A stretch of 64,000 nt of DNA from Bigelowiella natans CCMP2755 (GCA_000320545.1 ADNK01002607.1:124001-188000), one strand, 5' to 3'; positions 26,206 through 40,290 are shown, numbered from the stretch's first letter. Notes: generated by a model from the sequence alone, not told the origin. Translations and numbers: made by a program.

Positions 26206-26459
26206 TGGTGTGTGTGCTCCAAAGCCTCTGAACAACAACACTGATGACAATGACAATGTGGTGCTTCATGCACGACAATCGAGTGCATGAGACGGATGTG
26301 ATGAAGTGATCAAGTCTTTTCAATGGTCATCCCAATGTGTGGCTGTGCAAAGCAGCGGCCACAGGGCGTGTGTTCTGTCTGTTTGTCTCTTCTGTTGCGT
26401 GTTTCATGCACTTGAAAGCATCTCTCATCCGGTCCTAGCTAGCTAGCTAGGGTCGTCGG

Positions 26460-26640
26460 TGTCGCGCAGTGCGCGCAACAGTTCGCTGCCTCTTTTTCTG
26501 CTTCAGTCATCAGTGGCTTTGTCTCATCGTTTCGATTGTTCATGATGGCGTTCAATTGATTGCGCAATCTGAGCTGTTGGTGTTCGCATGCTGCTAGTGC
26601 GTAGCGGCACTGCTGGGGCAGCAGATCGAGCGCCGCCATC
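26460..26640 (-). mobile_element. Relic of a dispersed coding element (copy A; homologous to 59900-60012)
   Basis: Translates LRLRNQLNAIMNNRNDETKPLMTEAEKEA versus LKLNKQLTAIIDRNDETKRLSNTEKRA in copy B. Confidence 0.5.
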
Positions 26641-26967
26641 ATTGAGCTGGAAAAGCGTTTTCTCATGCAGCGCATTGCACAACATTGTCGTAAAAAACAC
26701 ACAGACTGTGACAAGGGCTGCTCTGCGCCGATTCAGGAGGAGGGCGAGGCGAGTTAGGACCTCGAGGGCCACCAGCTCTGTAGGCGCTGCGCAAGTTGCA
26801 CTTCCGCGGACTAAGCATGAAAACCAATCGGCTTCAAGTTGTTGCGGATTCCGCACGAGCATGTAAATGCCCAAATGGAGTGCGTTACGTGACCAACAAC
26901 CACAAAGATTGCATGCTGTTTAAACTACAATTAAGAATGATTTCCATGGAAATCACAAGCACGTGCA

Positions 26968-27524
26968 CTATGCCTTCGCAATGGCTACGACGTCCACTAT
27001 TTCATTCCGTTCTAAACTGAACCTGAAAACGTAGGTATTCTGTTTATGACCACAATTCTCAATTGGGCGAGGAAAATGATAACATGAACACTTGTTTAAC
27101 TCACTTAATGCCTCTCATTTCGCAGTTCGCCAGTTTGGACATGACGAGGTTGTTTTTACGCCGCTTAAGTTTGGATGAAGCGTAATTTTGTACAAATTGC
27201 CTGTGATAATGACATCAATCGGTTTGGTTTCCACACACGAGACAAAATAATCAAGAAATTCTTCCTTTGCAAATTACCTAAAGAAAGCGCTGTGACCAAC
27301 GACGATTAGAGACGTTTCAGGTCTATAATGCACAATGTTAACAAATTCTCCCATCCGCCTGATGATTAAGTTATTAGATACAAGACAATAATGTCAGATA
27401 TGAGTAAAAACGAGGCTTATGTCCCTCTTTGTGTACTACGGCAGGAAGAAGAGGTGATGCCAGTAAGTGAGTCAGAGGGAGGGAGGGGCAGATGATAGGT
27501 AGGATACACACACACACACACACT

Positions 27525-27568
<44 letters not shown>

Positions 27569-29378
27569 CTCCTTTCTAATAACACCTCACCAACAGTTTA
27601 TTCTCTCTATCCTTTGATTGCTCTTCTGTTGTACACAGTGCTACTACGTCGTAGTAGTAGTAGTAATAGTAGTAGTAGAAGTAGGTACATGGCGAGCGCT
27701 TGCGACGACTCTTTGCTGGTATCCCACCACTTATCAGTGCAGTCGTTTACATCTATTCTGTTAAGCAACCATGCTTCCCAATCCCCTCTATCACTTCTTC
27801 TCCTCCTAGAGGCTCTTCTTTTTCCTTCTTGTTGTTCTGTGCTGCTGCTGTGGTGGTGGTGGTTTTGAATGCTGCTGCTACTCCCGGTTCTGGTGTTTGC
27901 ACCACCACTACCACCACTACTACTACTGCTGCTACTAATGTTGCTACTATTATTACTTCCGGGCAGAGCTCCTCCTCCTCCTCCTCCTCCTCCTCCTCCT
28001 CCGTAACTGGAGTTAGTTACTACTACCAAATCATCAAAATTCTCTTCTTCCTCCTCCTCCCCTTCCTGTTCATCTAAGCCACTGCTGCGACGACTACCAC
28101 CACCATCCCTATTATCGAACCCGCTTCTTGTTCTGTTTGAATCTAAGCTGCTCTCGTTCATTCTTCCTGGTGGTGACGATTTCCGCAGCAGCGTGTGAGA
28201 AGCGGCTTTGAAACTACTGCTGCTATCCCCTGCTGTTCCTGCTGCTGCTGTTGGCGCCGTTGTTGTTGTCGACGACATCATTTTAGAACCCGGAGATGGT
28301 GATCTTTTTCTCGGATTAGCAGCAGTGATAGAAGGTGCTGCGGCCGGTGTCTGATGGGTCCTGTCAGCAGCCTCCTCCTCCTCCTCCTCCTCCTTTCTGC
28401 TCTCATCACCCTTCTCCTCCAACTTGTTGCTCAGGGTAATAACCTGCCTTTCTTTGCCACTTTCCTCGGCATATGATGATGATGATGATACTACAGTAGT
28501 GGAAGTACTCGCACCAACGTTTCCATTAGTAGAAGTAGTAGTAATAGTATTTGCTGTTGTCGCGATGCTACTACTACTACTACTACTAGTAGTAGTATTC
28601 TTCTTCGAAACGTTTGAGCCTACTCCTTGCTGCTGCTGCTGACGACCTCGAGGGATTGCACCGCTCTTCAAAGCACCAAATTTGCCTTCGCACTTGCTGC
28701 CCATTAGACGAACGAGACGTTGCACGAGTTCCGTCCTGGATATATCATTATCATTACTGTTTTTATCATTCTAATTAATATTATCATCACTATTCAACGT
28801 CATGAGGAAAACACAGTGAAGCTGACGACGAAGAAAAAGCCTTGATTCTTTACCCTCCATCTCGGCCTTGAGTATCGAGAGAGCACCACCCCCGCTTTTC
28901 GCGTATGCTTTTGGGAAAGTGAAAAGAAGCAGGTTGTGATGATATTGATGATGATGGCAATGACGATAATGACGAATAATACGACAGAAAAATCGACTCT
29001 TGAGCAAAAGGAGTAGCTGCTACTACTACTACAACTATACCACGAAAGCAGTGTGATTCTCCTTGCCTTATCCTTGGCCCACATTGGGTGAGTTCCTGAC
29101 ATGATAGAAGTAGTAGTTGTAGTAGTATTTATTAGCAGTAAATCGACGACGACAATTGCAATAAAGAATGATCAGCAGCAGCAGGCAACAGATGTAGTAG
29201 TAGCAAAGGATGATGAAAACATACGGGTAGGCTTTTTCTTTTTCTACTTTTTCTTTTTCATATACTTCGAGAAAGTATTACCAAGAGAAATAATGCAGGT
29301 TTGAACCGCACGCGTCAGTGGAGAACACAAAGCTGCTTCAGCATTCAACAACTTTTCCAAAAACCTGGTAGTGAAAAG

Positions 29379-29426
<48 letters not shown>

Positions 29427-29618
29427 AGAGAATAACAACGATCAAACATAATCAATGAAAGCGAGCGAATAACATCAACCATTTATCACGACAGCATTCA
29501 AATAATCTGGTTTGCCGTTCAAATTAGTAGTAGTAGTAGTAGTAGTAGTAGTAGCCCCAACACGCAAATCAGTCTATTCAAAAATTGTGTTTTTCACCAT
29601 TGCCGTCACCATCACCCG

Positions 29619-29657
<39 letters not shown>

Positions 29658-32466
29658 CATCATATTTTGTTAATGCCATCAGGCATAAAAATACACCAGA
29701 ACAATTTGCTAGATAAAACCCGCAACTAAACTTACTCTAGGGGTGGTGCAACAAACTTTGCAGCAGAGGGTGAAATCATGCTGTGTGTGCCGATATGACG
29801 TACACGGGTCCGCGATTCTATAATCAGCAGCAGTTAGAACAATAGAGCAGCAGCAAACATCGCACAAAAATAAATGCAAAGGCAGAATAAAAACATATTG
29901 GGAGGACATAATGTGGTTAACTTGATCAATATCTCCTCCTCTCTTTTCATCACAAAGCCACCTTCTTACATAATAGTAACGATTCGATAGCACCAGTAGC
30001 AGCAGCAGCAGTCCTTCAGAATACTAGTACCTGACGACATGTTAGCCTTCGAGGTGTTGTTAAGAGAATCTTTCGGCATCATCGTCGTCGTAGCAGATAA
30101 GTTTTGTCGCTGGATTGAGGGATTTCTTTTTGAAAGTTGGGGGTTCTTTAAACTGGATGATGATGTCTTCGCTGCCGTCGTCATCTCCATAGCATTTTTA
30201 TTGCTGCTGCTATCGATGCTACTGAATTCTAACGTCGGTGTGGCAGATGAGGTTGAACTTCTTCCATCTTCAGTCTTGGGAATGACTACAGAAGAGCCAT
30301 CATTTCCACCACTCGTATCTTTATCGTTATCATGGTAGTCATCACCACCATCAGTATCATTATCATTGTTGTCGTCATTTTCCCCTACAGGGTCAACATC
30401 ACCACCTCCAGCCCTCGGAGAAGGGCGCAGATGCTGCCTCTGTTGTTTATCATTGCGATCGCTTAAAGACTGGCCACCAACGGAAATAGACCTTGTAAAC
30501 AAGGGTGGAGGAGGTGGTAGTGCGGATGGAAGTGGGGGAGAATTAGTGTGGCCGCCATAATAGTCACGAGAACCCTCCTTCTTTGGAATACTCGTTGTAT
30601 AACTTTGTTGACGCGACAAGTTGATGCGTTGCCGGAATCGATCCGAAGATAAGGATGAGTTACTTACGAATGATGCTCTTGAAGTGCCATTCTTGTGTTT
30701 CAACTTTTTTTCACCCCCTCCTACCTCACGCTGTCTCTCCGAGCTCTCAGCATCTTTATTGTTTTCATTGCACTTTATGTCACCATTGTTGTCGAATTTG
30801 GTGTTTTCGAGGAGCGATGTTATGGTTGATCGGAACTTCCTGCTTTGATTCATGCCATAAGCTGTAAGAGGATGGTCCACTTGAGAAACAAGAGTTGTCA
30901 GGGATTTATTGGCTTTTGCCCAGTTCCACTCTGATTCCGCATGCCGAAGTAGAAAGAGGTACCTAGACAACATTGACACGACGACGACGACGATGATATT
31001 AAACTCGTTATTACTTTGATTTCAAAACGAGGCGACCCCGTCACAATTAGATTGCTAATCGATCGATGCATTGAGTCCTTGATTCAATTCAATGAATCAC
31101 AAATACACCTATTATTTACGATGGTAGTAATGGTAGTAGTATTGTTATTATTACTTGTATTTGACTTTAGGCATCGGCACCCTACGGAACCAAACTGTGC
31201 ACACTTTCGGTTCTACAAGGGGACTCAAGGCCGATCCAACCTAAATTCATGATCAAGAGAAATCAGTATGACGATTATTGCAGTAGCAGACAAAACCGAC
31301 GGGCAGTAAACAACAAAAAAAGGGGGGAGGGTAGAGAAGAAGAAGCAGAAGAAGCAGAAGAAGCAGGGGAAAAGAAGAAGAAGGTAATAGCGTCGTCATA
31401 ATAATTTTAGAAAAAACGCGACAATTCAAAATGTCATGTAAGTATTAGATTGCGGCATTTACTTCCGCATGTTCATCATCAGTTATTACCAAATGACCAA
31501 TCGTGAGAAAATGCAACGATACTTGTGCGCTCCCCACCTGCATTGAAGAATTTGTCATATATACAGAATTGAACATTTTCGTATTCGTATTGCCCTTAGC
31601 CCCTTCTCTCTCTCTCTCTCTCTCTCTCTTTTCATCTCCAGACCCATATTACCTTTCCTGCATTAGGCAGCATGAGATGTATGTGAAGATATCCTTTACT
31701 GAGCCCACCACTGTCCCCAGACTTGTTCTTCTTCCTTTTTGCAATTGAGAGCCTTCGAGGCATTTTCCACACAGGGTGTGTGGTTGAGGAGCGGGCTGGC
31801 CAGGTGACTACGTTGCTTCGTCGATAACCTGCGCGGGTTATTATTTCAACAGCACGTGAAATCTTTTTCAAATCATCCAGGTCTATCAGGTGCAAACATT
31901 ATTGACCAAGGTTGTCGGTTCTTTTGTTGTTCTTTTGATGATCAGTAATAACGATGATGGATGACGAGTGTTCAATGTATTTTGGTCTCACCGTTTTCGT
32001 CTGAAAAGTACATTCGCACGCTAGGATCCATTCGATAAAAGGCTTTCTGAAATGGGTAGTATACCATACTTATATTAACATGGGATAACCAAATGGAATA
32101 AGAAAACACAAATTGTCCTGCTGCTGAAACATTACCCTCCCCCCCTACAGTTAAAATTTCTAGCCTACAATATAATAATACCAGATGGGGAGGAATATTT
32201 TCTATCTTCTCCAAAAGTATGACAAAATGATCGTCGAATGTATTGGCACTGCCCCTTCTATTCCCTCCAGTATCTTCAGCTCGTTTCGTGTTCTTCACTC
32301 CTCCCTTTTCTTCCCCCATGATTGCTGTTTTTTTCTCTTCCGACAAGTTCAAACTCGACATATGCTCCCTGGTTGAGGAGGTGGTAGTGTCACTAGCAAC
32401 AGGATGGGTTGGGGTAGTGCTTGTTTGAGGTTGTGGCGAGTGTGAAGGTGTTCCTGCCATACGCAT
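26968..32466 (-). CDS. Histidine phosphatase (phosphoglycerate mutase-like) superfamily protein with long low-complexity insertions and an N-terminal extension
   Basis: YLFLLRHAESEWN, DHPLTAYGMNQ, ALCSPLTRAVQT, LIVVGHSAFF, KLANCE across exons. Stop TAG at 26968-26970; start uncertain. Confidence 0.75.
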
Positions 32467-34086
32467 CTTCCCGGACTGATTATGATAGCAGAGAGGTAAA
32501 TAAAAACGTATGTCCATACACCAAATGTGAGTATTGAATTCTCAATTATTGCAGAAAACGCCGACAACTAACCTCGTCTGAAAAGCTAAAATCAGTATCT
32601 TCCCCACGGCACATCGTCTTGTAATTCTAAATGAGAACACCACATATTCGGTCATCCCCGATGCGTTAGAGTGAGCACTTTTAATCGTTACTTGTTCTGT
32701 GTACTGTGTGTCTAATGCACTACCATTTGAGCCACAGAGGCTTTGGCCATTGCAGCCGCGTAAGCATCCTGTGCAAGTTGAACTTCCTGTTTTGGGACAG
32801 GAAGCTAATCACCAATTGAACATTAGCTCAGTTTTTAACGGCATGTACCTTGGAGTTCTTTTCTCTTGTCTTCATAAGGAGGTTGAGACTAGCCAGCTTT
32901 TTATGTGTATTCTCCAGAGCAACTAACACTTCTTGGTGTGCCTTTTCTTTCTCCCCTTTATCTTTCCCTACGCACAAATCGCTGTAACTTTGTATGTACT
33001 TTTGCTCAAACTGGGTGGATTATGGTACCCTCTGCTCCTCTTGTCGGCGAAGGGCCACCGGAAGCGCCCGCCTTGTGGGAACCGGAAGATGCACCATCAC
33101 TTTTCATCCCTTTGAGCGAGGACATGTAGCCCACTTCTGCAATCATTGTTATTTCAATAGGTATGATTCAGAGCTATGGACCACTTCCGCAATAACTAGA
33201 AGTAACCCAAAACTCTTGAGAAATCACTTCCAACGCCTTGTACGGCTGGAAAAAAACTCAAACATCTCAATGGCAACACGAAAGTCACGTCTGAATGCAA
33301 AACCTTAGAACACCGTATCTGGTAAGAGAACTGAGCAGAACTGATATTTCTGCTTCTCGTCCCAGCTCTCTATTCTGAGAAAAAGAAATACGTTCGATGG
33401 TGTTTTAAACGGAGAAGATCCACACCCTAGAGGCTCTCAAAATATATTTGAAGTAGAGGGGAAAGGGTGGGCCATTCTTTGGCCATAACACTATGTCCGA
33501 TACCAAGCGCTGATTTTGTGAGGCCTCGACATCACCATACAGGAAGCACCATTTGCGGTGGTTTCAGCCTTAAAATGCGGAAGTATGACAAAAATATCAC
33601 CAGCCTCATCTTTAAATCTTTACAACATCTCCTTGTTTTCGTAGATAAACGCCCATCAAAACGATGACACCTCTGCGACTATCTCATCAACAGACTCCGA
33701 AAATGAATATTCGGAATCGAGTACACGCACCTTGAGACGGATTAAAACCGTAGGAAATAATGTCTATTTGATTAGTCGTCATGCAATCATCATTATCTTT
33801 TGATTTGTTCCAACCCGGTAAAATGAAAACAAATCCCGGCTTTCACGATAATTCCTGGAAAAAATCGGAACTGTTTGCGAGAATACGACTATGGAGATTC
33901 TCGAGAGATTCATTTTCGTAGTATACCATACAACCGGAAGATAGGCCCCACCCCATCCAAGCTTCGAAAGAGAAGAGTCAATTCTAAAAGTTTGTTCCAC
34001 TTATATTTGATAATATCACGTGGATTAAGTTATGCATGCAAAAATATTGCGTCCACTTGGAATAATTTCTTGCGTTAATCTTTGCA

Positions 34087-37000
34087 GTGGTTCAGGTCGC
34101 TTTGCTCCTGCTTGGTACATTTACATTTGTTCCCACAAGCACCATAGCGACGCCTTCTATGCCTTTTTACGATTTCAATACAACCGAATTGGACTGTGGA
34201 ATGCGTCGGTTGATGTTGAAGAAGGCTACGGAGCTTCAACCATGGGAAGATCACCGTTCCACGTTCGATTCGCTTGAACTCGAGCGGTTGTGTGGAGATT
34301 CTATTCAGTCCTTTCTATCCAATCAGAAAGTCCTTCAATCACAAGAAAGTTCCAAATTTTCTATTAACAATGATGATGCTATTACATTGTTCGTTTGTCC
34401 GATTGATGGAGATGACTCCGAAGACAGCAGCATTAGGGGAACCGAAAAGAATCGTCCTTTCAGGACTATTCATGCTGCTTTAGGCCATATCCGCTCTCGG
34501 CGAAAGAAAGAGAATAGAAAATGGGAAAAAAATCATCGGCAAAATATCACTAACAGAAAAACTACGATAACAAACGCGGATGATCGCGGTTTCGCGAGAA
34601 TAGTGCTACGCGAGGGAGTCCACTTTCTTTACGACACCATTATCCTTGATTCTGGAGATTCACACCTGAGGTCGGTCGTAGTACAAAGTAAACTATTAGC
34701 TGCATGGCAAGAAAGTTACGCATCTTATGTTTACATCATTTATATTAATTATATTACATGCATCTGTTCAGTATTGAAGGTTATCCTGGAGAATCTGTCT
34801 GGATATCAGGGGGTGTTCCCTTGCCGAGAAATCTCACATGGAAGAAGAGTACTCTACATCCGAGTGAAAACGATGTTTGGATGGCCAATCTATCTGGGAC
34901 TAGAGCTCTTGAATTACTTGAACGCGGCAAACACCCAGGAATATCTGGTTTATTTACATTAAAGGACCATGTTAGGCTAACGCGAGCCCGCTTTCCTGAC
35001 GCAGACGCTGAAGTTGCACAGTGGGGGTAGATTCAATACTCAAACTTGTTATCATGTTTTCTTCTGACACTTATTTGAATATAAAGATACGCATCGCTGC
35101 AACGCGATTCGTTGTCGATTCCCGGGGAGTCGGTTCTCGAATGGACTAAACCCAATCCACAGCCTCAACCTACCTTCAAGTTCATCGATCTTTCAGATCC
35201 ACGAAACCCCAGTGGCCAGGTGAAGAATAACTCCCAGATGAATGAGTACAACACGTGGGGTGTGGGTCACGGGGGAGCCTGCAGTAGTGTTTGGGGCGAT
35301 GGAGATTCATACTGGTGTGGAAATGCAAGTGCTGGTGGATGGGCAGAGGTGGACCAAGAATGTGCCGTCAAAGGTACAATCCAAATTCCAATGGGCATGC
35401 AATACAACATGTCGTATGTGCCCCCATCTTCTTCCACCGGGAAGCCACTCGGCCCCCGATGGAAAGACGCAGATCTTACAGGGGCAATCGTACATGCATG
35501 GCATAGTCAGAGTTGGGCGACACACATGTTCCGCGTCCAGGGATTTGACCGTAAGAAAGGAATACTGAGCTTCACAAAAGGAAGTGGTGGGCAGGGAGGC
35601 AGAAATTGGTGCAGATGTGACCAGTGTGGCTATGCCGCTGGATGGTGTGGGCAGCATCAACAGCCCCCCATGAATAATGACACACGACTGATTGGTGGAT
35701 CATGGTACATTGAGAATGTAGTGCAAGAGCTAGACCAGCCAGGCGAGTGGTTCTATGATGCCGACACAAAATTCATCTACTACAAACCTAACCGAACAGC
35801 GTTTGATGATGATGGTCGTGACAACTATGCGAGACCCTTGTCGTTGGATGAAACTCTGGTTGCTTCTCACTTAGATAGTCTAATTACTATCAAAGGATCG
35901 ATGTCAGATCCCGTGTCTAATATCAATATCTCCGGGATTGGATTTCGTGATACAGCAGCAACATATATGCGTGAGTTTGAATGGGGGGCGCCTTCTGGGG
36001 GCGACTGGGCTCTGAGGAGGGGCGGTGCATTGTTCATTGAGGGGGCTGACGCTATAACGATAAGCAAGTGCCGGTTTGTGCGAGTGGATGGCAACGCGAT
36101 TTTCCTCTCAAGATACACAAGAAATGTTTCTATTTTGCGCAACCATTTCTCGTGGATAGGAGAAGGCGCAATGGCGACTTGGGGAGATACTGTGGACTAT
36201 GATGCGCGTAACGGAGAGCAACCACGCGACACGATTGTAGAATCCAACTATATTCACGATGTCGGGTTATATGAGAAACAGAGTAGTGGATGGGGGCAAG
36301 CAAAGGCGTGCCTTACATTACTTAAAGACAACATCATGTTCAATCTTCCGAGAGCAGCGATTAATTTCAACGATATGATGGGTGGGGGCAACAGCGTCAC
36401 GGGAAACCTAATCTGGAATTCATGCCGAGAATCCGGGGATCATGGTCCTATCAACTCTTGGGATCGCATGCCTTTCCTATCAAATGTCAGATATGGGAAG
36501 GAACGCCCATCATTTGACCCAAAAACTACCGAAATTTCCAACAATTTCATTTTTGCCAACTACGGTGGGTCCCAGGGTGTCGACAACGATGATGGATCAA
36601 GCTTCTTTGACATAGGCCGGAATGTCTTTTACAGTGCGGATGGTTTTAAGATGGATTATGGAGGCCACGACTCAAAGTTTCATGATAATCTCGTCGTTGT
36701 ACTACCGTATGATGGTCAGAATTGTTACAACGTTGGGCCGTTCCTCGAGAATCACGTCGACTTATTCGTAAACAATACATGTGTTTGCGGTGCAGCTCCT
36801 GCGACAATTCCCTCTGGATGCGGATCTCCAGCTTGCGCTGTTCATTATCGTAGCATTGTTTCTGATTCCAATGGGTCTGGGGTGGACACCTTCATGTGGG
36901 GGCATAATAACAGCGGTGTGAATATTGGAGCTCTGCAAAATCAAAAGTACGACAACCAGAAACAGGTCACTTATTCAGACCCTTCGATGGAACTCATTGG

Positions 37001-37223
37001 ATCTGCGGCAGAATGCAATGTGTCTGCTCCCAATGCAATGCTTGCTTCTCAAAACCGTTACTTCACGCCAATGGGAAATGCCTCCATAATGTGCTCTGAC
37101 AGCTTGTACAGTTTTTTGGAAGCAAAGGCCGAATTTGGTATCGAAAAAGGATCCAGCTATGATACACTCCCAGATCCAGAAGACGTGCTTCTGTGGGCGC
37201 GACAAATTCTTAACATGGAATAA
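34087..37223 (+). CDS. Secreted/membrane-anchored right-handed parallel beta-helix (pectin-lyase fold) protein, putative glycan-active enzyme
   Basis: Hydrophobic N-terminus; GDDS..G....PFRTIHAAL, IVLREGVHFL, YPGESVWISGG, RARFPD, WYIENVVQELDQPGEWFYD, NLPRAAINFND, RESGDHGPINSWDR, GVDNDDGSS. Introns at ~34671-34770 and ~35027-35086. The true start probably lies in an upstream exon. Confidence 0.85.
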
Positions 37224-37857
37224 TGAGTTTCAGCCATCATTGATGATATTGCCACAGTCCCCTGGGGCATCCTTGCAGATGTCTAGATGTATATAATAAT
37301 CACCAGTTTGAATGAAAGTGCAAGTGATTGCAAATGCAAGGCATCGACGTCGGCATGCGTCACGGCAACCTTAATGGTAATTTTTAGCTGGTTGAGCCGT
37401 ACTAGCGTATCTCACTGACTTGCGACGGGTAGGCTCATCGTCATTCATTGGCTGCAGGCTTGGTTGAGCTGGCGATTTTGCAGCGGCGCTTTGAGCGAGG
37501 CTAACCATTCGATCGCAGAGCCACATGCACAATTAGCTAGCACATGCGAGCCAACGGACGGTTAAGGCGACGAGTCATGGTTAAGCACAATGTATGAAAC
37601 GGATGTAATAATGATGTGATTAAATTTTTTCAATGGTCATCTTAATGTATCTGTTTGTTTTTGCTACTATGCGCGGCAATCACAATGTGTGTATGGCCAC
37701 GCGCGCCTGTCATTACACTACTGGCCCACATCATGTGCATGAACTGCGACAAGCAGACACTATGACGATCATGACGAGTTTAGGGCGTCTGCATACACCT
37801 CGATCATCACACACACCGCATGTAGACACAGTTTGTATCATCATATTGGCGGTAGCG

Positions 37858-40096
37858 TTAGCTGCGCGATACCTTCTTCGCAAGCGCTGCAAGAGCTTCA
37901 ATTTGGCCCTGGGTCACTCCAGCACCAGAAGCCCCATCAGCATTTGCTTTCGCCTGGGAAGCTACGAGGTCCATTAGAGGGGCAAACCTTCAACATTAGA
38001 ATCGAATCAGTGGCTCTCGTGCAAGAGATGTCCTGACCGTGGCATCAAGACATCTATTCTGTGTGTGTCTGTACGTTTATGCATAGCATGTCTACATCTG
38101 CGGCGAAGCATGAATGACGACTTCATTTTTTGCTCAAAGTGCTTGTAAGTCGTCACTACCGATACCTTGATAAATCTGCTTCTTTCTTCTCCAACTTCCC
38201 TGTTTCCTCCTTCTTTGTTTCCTCTTCTGAATCATGTTTCTCCTCATTCTCATCGAGTTTTCCTTCTCCTAGTGGGGGAAGCGATAGCTCCCCGTCGGCT
38301 GGTAGGTACAGTACCATCAGTGTATGGGTACATACAAATATGTAAAGTGTAATGTATACTTTTAAAATATATCATCATTGTTTCATTTTCATTGCATATC
38401 ACTGTACACGGGCACACGTTCGTGTAAGCATCATAGGCATGATAGATTTCTACTATTTCCAATGGTCTTCACCCCAGGGTACTGCTGCTTGGTGCTGGTT
38501 ATGGAGATTGGACAGCATGGGCTGGAGAAACTTTCCCATGGGGGTGCTCAATACGTCAGAGGTGAGGCCTGTTGGGGTGTGGAAGGGGGAGATAAGTCAG
38601 CTGAAATCATCGAACATAAGTTGAACATAATTGAGATAAGACATTCTTCTGTAACTTGCTCTCCATCACATCGATTGCATTTCGGGTAGGAAGAGATACG
38701 ATTGGTTTACCAGTAATATAGCTAGGAATAGACTTGCCGATGAGGAAATTGGATGCAGCTAAAGAAGATAAAAAATATAATACATCAACTTGTTGACTTA
38801 AGTTTGTGTGAATTTTTGTTTTTCGGTACACTCTTGCGACTAAGGTGCCACAACAACATCACATGGACGATGGAGATCTATAAGCTGACCACTTATCCAC
38901 TCTTATTATTTAATGTGATACTACGGTGGAAAGTGGCGGGGGAGGCGGGGGGGCGGACACATACCATCAGAAAAGTTATTGCAATTGTGCTTGATGAGAT
39001 CATAGGTCTTTGGTGTATATTTGCTCGACTCAGACCGAAGCCATGCGTGAAATGATGCCTAACACGCGGAGGGAAAAACAAAGACAAATGAGTTAGTAAT
39101 ACGTCAGGAAATGGAGTTCCCCCCCAGCAGCATTAAACGAAACGCGCACCTCACAACCTATGCGATTTGAAGATAACACATGCATCATGATTTTTGGACG
39201 GGCTCATACCTGAGACACATAAGTGGTCCCTAAGGGGAGCTTCTTCACCGGGTTCCTTGATTTTTTTATATCTTATTTTATTTTGATTATTTGTCGACGA
39301 ATAGAGGTGTTTTTTCACGATGCTGTTCAAAACATTGTTAATCTGTGCTTGAATTTCGATGGTCTTGGAAAAAGAGATTAATTCTTTTGTTAAATTCTTT
39401 TCCATTACAGCCTCTCCCACTCCCCCCTAGGATTGTTGCCTTACTGTTTTTTGGGGAGAGAGAAGAACACACACACACACACACACACTCCCTCCCGCTC
39501 TCTTCGTCAATATACTTCGGTGATCACTTAACACAATGGAGGATGACAACGACGACGGCGCAACAACGATTAGTATGAAATATTGAAAAAAGATTTTACC
39601 CAGCCTGAGTACTTCCAGGTTTGCATCCCTGGATTCCCCCCCCAAAATAATATTCGTAACCTTTAAGATGTTTTTTATTTTAACAATGTTGCTCGCTTTC
39701 ATGAATTCACTTGACTCTCTCGTTATCATCGTCCCCCCCCCCCCTCCCCTTAGTCTCTCCCTGATGTCGGTCTTTGTGTCTCTGTCTGTCTACTTTTCCA
39801 TTCTTCTCACTCCAAATCTCTCCTGCTAACGTTGCTAGATGAATCAAATATAACCCCACTGCCCCCCCCCTCCACACACACACTTACCGTACACCACTAG
39901 TCCTGTGTGCCACACACCATCAATTTGCTTGCCTAATCGGATGGCCACGTGCAAGTGTAAAACCAGCAATCATTATTATCAATTGCATGTACATGCACAT
40001 ATATCTTGTTTTAATACAGCATGCATGTGCTGTATGTTCCCGTAATTACATTTCCCTCACACCTACTCCCCGTTCACACACACACAAACACACACA

Positions 40097-40163
<67 letters not shown>

Positions 40164-40290
40164 GGGGGGAGAGAAGAGAGAAGCACACCGATAAGTTGTT
40201 TGGAGAGAGTCTTCGCCATCCCATTGCTTAGATCGTAAACCCATAGGTACACTGGAAAGCCGACTCCAGCCTTTTCCTTCGATGCCTGTC
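37858..40290 (-). CDS. DESI1: Desumoylating isopeptidase 1-like (PPPDE family)
   Basis: Exons give VYLWVYDLSNGMAKTLSKQLIG|KQIDGVWHTGLVVYG|YEYYFGGGI..., YDLIKHNCNNFSD, NFLIGKSIPSYITG|LTSDVLSTPMG. The His/Cys dyad is present. Start not resolved. Confidence 0.85.

Noticed and set aside
23380-26960. Classical RIP or CpG-methylation decay as the cause of TG/CA excess
   Set aside because: RIP would raise TpA and CpG decay would deplete CG; here TpA is lost and CG is plentiful.
32600-33700. Possible spliced gene between the phosphatase and the beta-helix gene
   Set aside because: Splice-like signals are present, but no consistent frame or recognisable motif could be assembled.
38500-38600. Apparent in-frame TGA (selenocysteine?) in DeSI1
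   Set aside because: It disappears when the downstream CAACAG acceptor is used, which restores the conserved frame.
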